Assembly: GCA_014905635.1 (NCBI GenBank)
Contig: JABVCE010000016.1
Span: 558,001-622,000, forward strand
Direction of reading: 5' to 3'
DNA length: 64,000 nt
Source: Scenedesmus sp. PABB004
Lineage: Eukaryota
Shown: piece after piece, positions 56,688 through 64,000 of the stretch
Numbering within the stretch: position 1 is the first letter of the stretch
How the letters are laid out: every line of letters starts with the position of its first letter
Program-made: the position numbers and the translations under genes
Notes under the pieces: generated by a model
Database searches by the model: none
What the model was told of the DNA's origin: nothing
Seen by the model: the letters and a program-made list of their open reading frames with translations, nothing else

Positions 56688-59223
56688 TCACCCCGCCGGC
56701 GCGGGCTGCGCGGCGGGGTCCGCCGGCGGCATCCCGGGCGCGTGCGTGACGACCAGCCGCGTGCCCGCAAACACGCGGCCGTCGATCGCCTCGCGCGCCG
56801 CAGCGGCGCCCGCGGCGTCCGCCATCTGCACAAAGGCCTGCCGGCGCCGGCGGGCGCGGCGGCGGCGGGGTCGGCGTGGCGGGGGAGGGCGCGCCAGCCG
56901 GGGCCCGCGCGGCGCGCGCTCTGCGCCGCCCGCTGTGCGGCGCGCGCTGTGCAGGCGGCGCGCGCTGTGCGGCGCGCGCTGTGCGGCGCGCACCATGCCA
57001 TAGTTGCCGGTGCCGATGACGCTCGCCGAGGTCTTGGGGTCGGCGGGGCGCGGGATGGCCACAGCCACGACGCGCCCGTGCTTCGCGCACTCGTCGCGCA
57101 GGTCGAGCATCACCTGCGGCGCGTGGCGCGGCCGCGGCGGGGTCGGCCGGCGCGGGAGGGCGGCCGGCGCGGGAGGGCGGCCGGCGCGGGAGGAGAGAGG
57201 GAGGGGGCGCGCGAGCGCGCCGCCGCCGGCGGCGCGCCCGCGCCCGTGCGCCGCCGTGCGCGCCGCCGTGCGCGCCGCCGCACCTCCTCATACTCCTCGT
57301 CGTCCTCCAGGATCGCCGCGGTGACGGTGCCGGCGATGCAGAGGAAGGGCGTCGGCGCCGGCAGCAGCCCCGCCGGCAGCAGCCCCGCCGGCAGCAGCCC
57401 CGCGAGCGCGCCCGACGGCGGGCCGGAGCCCGGGAGCGGCGGCGGCCCGGGCAGCGGGCCCAGCCCCGGCAGCGCGCCCGACGGCGGGCCCGACCCCGGG
57501 AGCAGCGGCGGCGGCCCGGGCAGCATCCCCGGCGGGAGGCCCGCCGCGGAGTTGTGGCCCGCCGCGGCGAGCTGCCCCGCGGCGGCCATGCTCGCCGCGC
57601 CGACTCCGCCCGTCTTGAACGCCGCGAGCGCCGCCTCGGCCTGCGCCGCCGCCTCGGACACCTGCGCCGCGCGGCGGCGGGGCGCGGCGGCGCGGCGGCT
57701 CGGCGCGCGGTGTCGCCCCGCGCGGCGCGCCCGCGAGCCGCGTGGCGCCGCGCCGCGAGCCACGCGCGCGCCGCACCCGGTCGGGGTCGACGTACGCCTG
57801 CGGGCGGCCGATGCTGATCTGGGTGCCCATGAGGTTGATCTGCCCGTTGAGCTGCAGCGCCGCCGCCGCGTACTCGGGCGTCCGGAACTCGACAAACGCG
57901 TAGCGCCCGTCCGAGTGCACCGAGCACTGCGCCGCCGCGCGCAGCGCGCGTCGGACGGGCGCCGGCCGCGCGGCGGCGGCACGGCGGGGCAGCGCGGCGG
58001 CGGCGCGGCGCGCGCACCTTGGCCACGGGCTCGCGGCCCGGGCCGACCGCGTCGGGGAAGGCCGCAGCGAGCGCGCTGTCAAACACGGAGCGCAGCATCT
58101 CCTCCGTCACCAGCCCTGTCGCGAGGTTGCCGATGTGCAGCTGCGCGGTGGCAGGCCGGGCCGCAGCAGCAGCAGCAGGTCGGCGCGGCGGCGCGGCGGC
58201 ACCGAGCAAGCCCGCGCGCCGCCGCCGTTTGCGGCGCAGCGGCGCCGCGCGCAGCGCCGCACCTCGCGCTGCGACTTGTTCATCTGCTGCGCCGCCGACT
58301 TGGCCTGCTGCTCGAGCACGAGCTGGCGCGACTTGAGCATCTGCTCCTGCCACATGCGCGCGGCTGCGGCGCGCGGGCGGCGCGGGCGGCGCGCGTGGGC
58401 GGCGCGCGCGGGCGGCGCGCGCGGGCGGCGCAGCAGGCCCCGAGCGCGCGCGCGGCGGCGCCGCACCCTCGGTGGGGTCGAGCGGCGTCTTGACGCGCAG
58501 GTGGGCGAAGGGGTCGTTGGTCGCAAACATTGACGCTGCAGGGCGGCAGCGGCGGCGCGGCGCGTGAGCGGCCGCCGCCGCCCCGCCGGCGCCCCGCTCC
58601 GGGGCGGCGCGGGCCCGCACGCACCCGTGGGCTTGGCCGGCTCCTGCCGCCGCCGCGGGCGGTAGCCGCCGTCGTATCCGCCGTCGTAGCCGCGGCTGCG
58701 GCTGCGGCTGCGGCGGCGGCGGCCGGCGCTGCGGCTCCGGCTGCGGCGCCGGTGCCGGCGGTCGCTGCTGCGGCTGCGCCTGCTGCGGTGGCGGCGGTCC
58801 CGGCTGCGGCTGCGCGACCTGCGTGCACGCGCGCGGCGGCAGTGCGGGCGGTCGGCGCGGCGCGGCGGCAGCAGCAGCGCCCGCTGCCGCTGCCGCCCGC
58901 GCGCGGCGCCGCGGCGCGCCCCGCAGCCGCGCCGCCGCCGCCACCCGCCCCAGCCACGGCGTGCGTCCCGGGCTCCCTCCTCGCGCGCGATCGGGTCGCC
59001 CCGCTCACCGCCTGCGCCGCGAGCGCGACCTGCTGCTCCGCCTGCTCTTGCTGCGCGACCGGCTGCTGCGCCTGCGGCTCTTCTTGCCGCTCCGGCTGCG
59101 GCTCCGGCTGCGGCTGCGACTGCGATCGGCCGCGGTGGGCGCGCCTGCGGGCGAGCCGGGCGCCGGCGGGCCCGCGCCCGGCGCCTCCTCGCGCCCGCCG
59201 GCCCCGTCGGCCGCGCCGGACAT
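56688..59223 (-). CDS. U2AF large subunit-like protein: RS domain, RRM1, G/P linker, UHM; about 8 introns
   Basis: RS repeats, QRELHIGNL, RYAFVEFRTPE, IGRPQAY, LEDDEEYEEVMLDLRDECAKHG, IPRP, DGRVFAG. Confidence 0.85.
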
Positions 59224-59700
59224 GGCGTGCGGAGGCGGGTCCGGGCCGAGATCGCCGGGGCGCGGGTGGCCGGCGGACGCTGCGCTGGCTGGAGCGGCGC
59301 GCGCCGCGCAGCAAACGGGGGCCCCCACGCGGCGCGGCGAGCGGCGGCGGGTGCTGCGGGTGCTGCTGCTGGCGCGGCCCGCGTCACAGGGACCGCCTGC
59401 CTCTCACGTGGCGGCGGCGGCGCCTGCGAACTCAACGAGACCGCCCGGGGCGCAGCCGCGCTTGCGCCGCCGCCCGCGGCGCAGACGGCGGCGGCGCCTG
59501 GTGAGGCCGCGGCGCGCAGGCCCGGCGCTCACTGACCCCGTGCCTCTCGCCCCGGCGCGCGATCGCGCACGGGCGTCGCGGCCGCGCTCGAGCAGCGCCC
59601 GCCAGCGCCCGCCTGCCAGTGCGCGCGCCCGCACGCGCTGCGCCTCCGCGCCGTGCCTGCGCACCCGGACGGCCGGCGCTGGTACACCCGCGAGCGCCAG

Positions 59701-62101
59701 ATGGCGGGCGCGCAGCTGCTGCCCCGCGCCGCGCGGCCAGGCGGGCCGCAGCTGCTGCCGCGGCGCGTGAGCAGCTCGCCCCGGCTGGCGGGCGCCATCC
59801 GGCGACCGGCTGCCAGCGGCACAGGCGGTGAGGCGGCGCCGGGCGTGGCCCCGCAATCAGCGCTGCCCCGGCGCGCGCGCGCGCAATTCGGGCCCCCGGA
59901 TGCGCGCCGCCGGCGCCCGGGGCCGATCTCCGCCGCCTCACGCCGCGCCGCGCGCGCCGCAGGCGCCGCGCCGCTGCGGGCGCCGGCGCTCGCAGCGCTG
60001 CCGTGCGGCGCGCCGCGGCCGTGCGGCGCGCGCCGCGCCGCGCCCGCGCCGCCGCGCGCCGCCGCCGGCGGCGCGTCGTCGCAGCCGTCGCCGGCCGGCG
60101 ACGGCGCCGAGCCGGCGGCGCAGCCGGGCGGCGGCGAGCCGGCGGGCGCAAAGGACGCCGCTGCGCGGCGCGACGCGTTCCTCGCGCTGCCGCTGCTGAT
60201 CGCAAGCAGCCTGTCGCACGTGAACCGGCAGTACATCAAGATGCGGCGGCGCCGCAAGTGGTGGTCCAAAATGGGCGGCTATCCGCGCGGTGCGCAACGC
60301 CGCAGCCGCTGCCGCAGCCGCGGCGGCCGCCGCGCGGGGGGGGGGGGGGGGGGGGGGGCGCTGCGCGCCGCCCGCGCGCGCGGCGCGGAGCAGCAGCGCG
60401 CAGCGGCCCCGCGCGCGCCGGTGGCGCGCCGGCGACGCCCCGGGGCGCCGCCTGCCGCCCCGCCTGCCGCCCAGTGCCGTCTGAGAACATGGACCACCTG
60501 CCCGAGCCCGCGGTCGAGCTGTGGCACAAGGTGCTCCCCCTGGGCGTCATCTTCTTCTGCGCGAGCTTCAACCTCACCATCCTGCAGGCGCGCGCCACGC
60601 GACGCCACGCGCCGCCGCCGCCCGCCGCCGCACGCGCTGCTGCGCGCGCCCGCCGCGCCCGCCGCTCACCGCACCGCGCGCTGCCGCCGCCCCCCGCCCG
60701 GCAAAACGACAGAGCCTCAAGGACGCCATCATGGTCACCGCGGGCGGCGCCGAGTCGCTGCCCTTCCTCGCCTCGCTCTGCGTGCTGCCCGCGTCGGTGG
60801 CCTTTTTCGTGCTGTACGGCAAGCTGGTGCGCACCCGCCGCCCCCTGCACGCCTGCGCAGCCGCGCCACCGCCACCGCCCGCACACTGCGCCCGCTCCCG
60901 CCGCCGCTGCCGCGGCGCCCGCCCCGCCGCCGCCGCGCGCCGACGCCCGACTCGCGCGCGCCGCGCGCCGCGCGCCGCAGGTCGCGCACCTGCCGGAGAG
61001 GGCCGTGTTTTACGCAGCCGTCGCGCCGCTGCTGCTCTTCTACGCCGCCTTTGCCGCGGTCATCTACCCGCTCGCGCCGTCGCTGCACCCGCTCGACGCG
61101 ATGCACGCGGCGATGGCCTCCGTGCCGGCCGGCCTGCACGGCCTGCTCAAGGTCGTCGGCAACTGGACGTACAGGCGCGGCGGCGCGAGCGGCGCGCGGC
61201 GCGGCGGCGCGCGGCGCGGCGGCGCGCAGCGCGGCGCGCGCAGCGCCCAAGCCAACGCGCCCGCCTGTGTGCCCGCGCAGCCTGTTCTTCTGCGCGGCCG
61301 AGCTCTGGGGCGCGGTCGTGATCTCGGTGCTCTTCTGGTGCGCCGCCGACCGCCCCGCTCGCCGCGTCGCGCCCTGCTCGCCCCCTGCTGGCCCCCCGCT
61401 CGCCCCGCTCGCGCCGCCGCCGCCGCCGCCTCACGCCTCACGCCCCGCACCCTGCCGCGCCCCGCCAGGACGCTCGCGAACGAGGTGTGCACCGTGGACG
61501 AGGCCAAGGCGGCGTACCCCTTCATGGCCATCTTTGCCAACGTGGCGCTCGTGGCGGGCGGCGTGTTCATCCGCGGCGCCAACCACGCGCTCGGCGCGGC
61601 GCTCGGCGCCGACGCGCAGCTCGCGAGCCTGCGGCTGCTGATCGGTGCCGTCATGGCGATGACGGCGGCGATGTTTGGCGCCAAGGCCTACATCGACGCG
61701 ACGATCCTGCGCCCCGCCGCCGCGGCGGCGGCCAAGGCGGCGGCGGCGGCGGCCGCCGCCGCGGCCGTGGCGGGCGCCGACGGCGGCCACGCGGCACCCG
61801 CGGCGGGCGCCGCCGCCGGCGCCGGCGCCGGCGGCGGGGCGACCAAGAAGAAGAAAAAGGCCAAGGGCAGCTTCTCGGAGGGCCTCGCGGTGCTGCGCAA
61901 CAGCCCCAAGATCCGCAACCTCGCGCTGCTCGTCATGTCGTACGGCGTCGGGCACCGGCTGTTTGAGTTTGCCTGGAAGGGCCAGCTCCGCCTGCTCTAC
62001 CCGACCGTGCAGGGCTACCAGAGCGTGCTCGCCGACGTCGCGACGTACACCGGTGCGCGGGGCGGGTCTCGGGTCTCCGCGCGCGGGCGGCGGCCGCAGC
62101 A

Positions 62102-62138
<37 letters not shown>

Positions 62139-63267
62139 GTGGCGCGCCGGGGGTGCTCACGCACGCACGCACGCCCGCACGCGCTCGGCCGCGCAGGCAT
62201 GCTCACGCTCGCGAGCATGGTCGTGTCGCGGCTCGTCTTCCAGCACGCCGGCTGGGGCGTCGCCGCGTCGGTCACGCCCGCCGTGATGGGCGCCGCGGGC
62301 GTGGTCTTCTTCGCCGGCTCGCTCGCGGCGGGGCTGCCGGGGCTCGGCCCCGAGACCGCCGCCGCGCTCGCCGGCGTCGGCGCGACCGCGGGCGTCGTCA
62401 CGCAGGTCTTCGCGCGGGCCGCCAAGTGCGTGCGCGGCGCGGCGCGCGGCGCGCGGCGCGCGGCGCGCGGCGCGCGGCGCGCGGCGCGCGGCGGACGGGC
62501 CCCGCGCGCAGCCCGCGCCCGCGCCCACAGCCGCGCCCGCGGCCGCCTGAACCCTCTGCTCCCGATGCCAGGTACTCCCTGTTTGACCCGGCCAAGGAGA
62601 TGGTCTACATTGAGATGTCGGCGGACGAGAAGAAGCAGGGCAAGGCGGCGGTGGACCTCGTGGGCAGCCAGGTGCGCCGCGCGCGGCGGGCGGGGCGGCG
62701 GGCGGGGCGGCGGCGCGCTCGCGCGGCGCGGCGGCAGGGCGGGCGCGGCCCGCGCACCGCCGCCCACCGCCGCGCGCCCGCCGGCGGCGCGCGCGGCCGC
62801 AGATCGGCAAGTCTGGCGCGAGCTGGATCACGCAGGCCGCGCTGCTCGGCGCGGGCAGCATCGCCGCGGCGATGCCCTTCACGGGCGTCGTCTTTGCCGG
62901 CGTGATCATCACCTGGATCCGCGCCACGCTCGGGCTGCACGAGCAGATGCAGGCGACCGAGAGCGCGCGCCTCGCAGACGCAGCGGCCGCCGAGGCGGCG
63001 GCGGCGGCCGCTGCCGCCGCGCCGGCCGGCGACGACGACGCCGCGACGAGCGCCGCAGCTGCGGCGCACGGGTACAGCCTCAGCAACGGCAGCAGCAACG
63101 GCAGCAGCAACGGCAGCAGCGGCGGCAGCAGCGGCAGCGGCAGCAGCGGCGAGCTGAGCGCGTATGTCGCGGCCGCGGTCACGGCCAAGCTCGGCGCCAA
63201 TGGCGCGCCCGGCGCGCCGGGCGCCGGGGCCGCCGGCGCCGGGCTGAGCAAGGCGAAGCTGCCGTGA
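59701..63267 (+). CDS. Plastid nucleotide transporter (NTT/TLC ATP:ADP antiporter family). Eight introns, two GC-AG (60588-60712, 61175-61280).
   Basis: KVLPLGVIFFC..FN.TIL..LKD, GAESLPFL, NWTYSLFF..AELWG, ANE..VDEAK..YP, KYSLFDPAKEMVYI, GKAAVD, IGKSG. Confidence 0.92.
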
Positions 63268-64000
63268 GGCCGCGCGCCAAGGGAGGCGCCCGGGGCAGCT
63301 CGGGGCGGCGAAAGCCCGCGCGCCTCGGGGCGGGTGCGTGTGTGTGTGTGGGGTGGGGGCGTGGGTGGGCGGACGTGGGGGCGCGCTTCCCAGGGCCAGG
63401 GCCAGGGCCAGGGCCAGTTTGCTGTAGGAGGCTTCACCACTGCACCTTTTTGTTGCTGCTGTTCCGCAGCGGCGGGGCTGTTTTTGCCGCGCAGCCTCGC
63501 AACACCCGCGCGGGCGCGCCCCGGACGGGGCCTCCCCGGACGGCCGTCAGGGCCCTCCCCCGCCGGGCCGGCGGCTGGCTCGCGCTGGCCCGTGCCCGGC
63601 GGCGGGGCGTGACGGGGGAGGCACACACGGCGGCGCTGTACCAACAGGTTTGCAGGGGCGGCCAGAGGGCGGCGCCGGCGCTCGCCAGGGCGCGGCGGCG
63701 GCGCCCGCCAGGGCGTGGCTGCGGGTGAGGACGCGGGCGGGCGGGCGGGCGGGCGGGGAGGAGCTCGCGGCGCGCATGTGTGTGCCTGCGCGCGCCTGCA
63801 GCAGCAGTTTGTCAGAGCTAGCTGCGGGCGGCGGCGCGACCAGGGAGCCGCCGCGCGTGTGCGGCGGCGATGATGAATGAGTGGCAGAGTCTGCGACGAG
63901 CGAGAGGGGCGTCGTCGTGGCCCGTCCAGTAACAAGACCGATCGACACCACCCCTCACAGTGCCGCACACCTGCGCTGCCGCTCTGCACACACATACACA

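Noticed and set aside
63870..63876. ATGATGA box C-like motif (snoRNA)
   Set aside because: No box D (CTGA) or terminal stem downstream within the window.

Overview
This is eukaryotic nuclear DNA of extreme GC content (about 80% by eye). It is gene-dense and intron-rich, with TGTAA poly(A) signals and a TTTAGGG telomere-type motif, which fits a chlorophyte green alga, probably Sphaeropleales (inference). Most long six-frame ORFs are GC-driven artefacts, so I spliced about 24 genes by hand: TMEM214-like, MATE, a secreted propeller-like protein, a disrupted HSP20, TRAPPC1/BET5, PIF1, an AGC kinase, an AT-hook protein, a subtilisin, a 12-residue-repeat protein, a TFIIS-N protein, a hemerythrin, IQCB1/NPHP5-like, DedA/TVP38, a rhodanese, VTE6, RBM22, an FNR-like oxidoreductase, nicastrin, a FANCA-like protein, U2AF65-like, a plastid NTT, and two hypotheticals. 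The strongest signal is the splicing code. Fifteen of roughly 105 inferred introns need a GC donor, almost always AG|GCGCG, and acceptors lack U-rich tracts. The window also carries a U2AF65-like gene that appears to lack RRM2. Other highlights are a possible FANCA homologue, a 12-aa solenoid protein, and an inverted telomere-repeat palindrome inside an intron. All gene models and family calls come from manual reading and remembered motifs, not from database searches, and coordinates may be off by a few bases.
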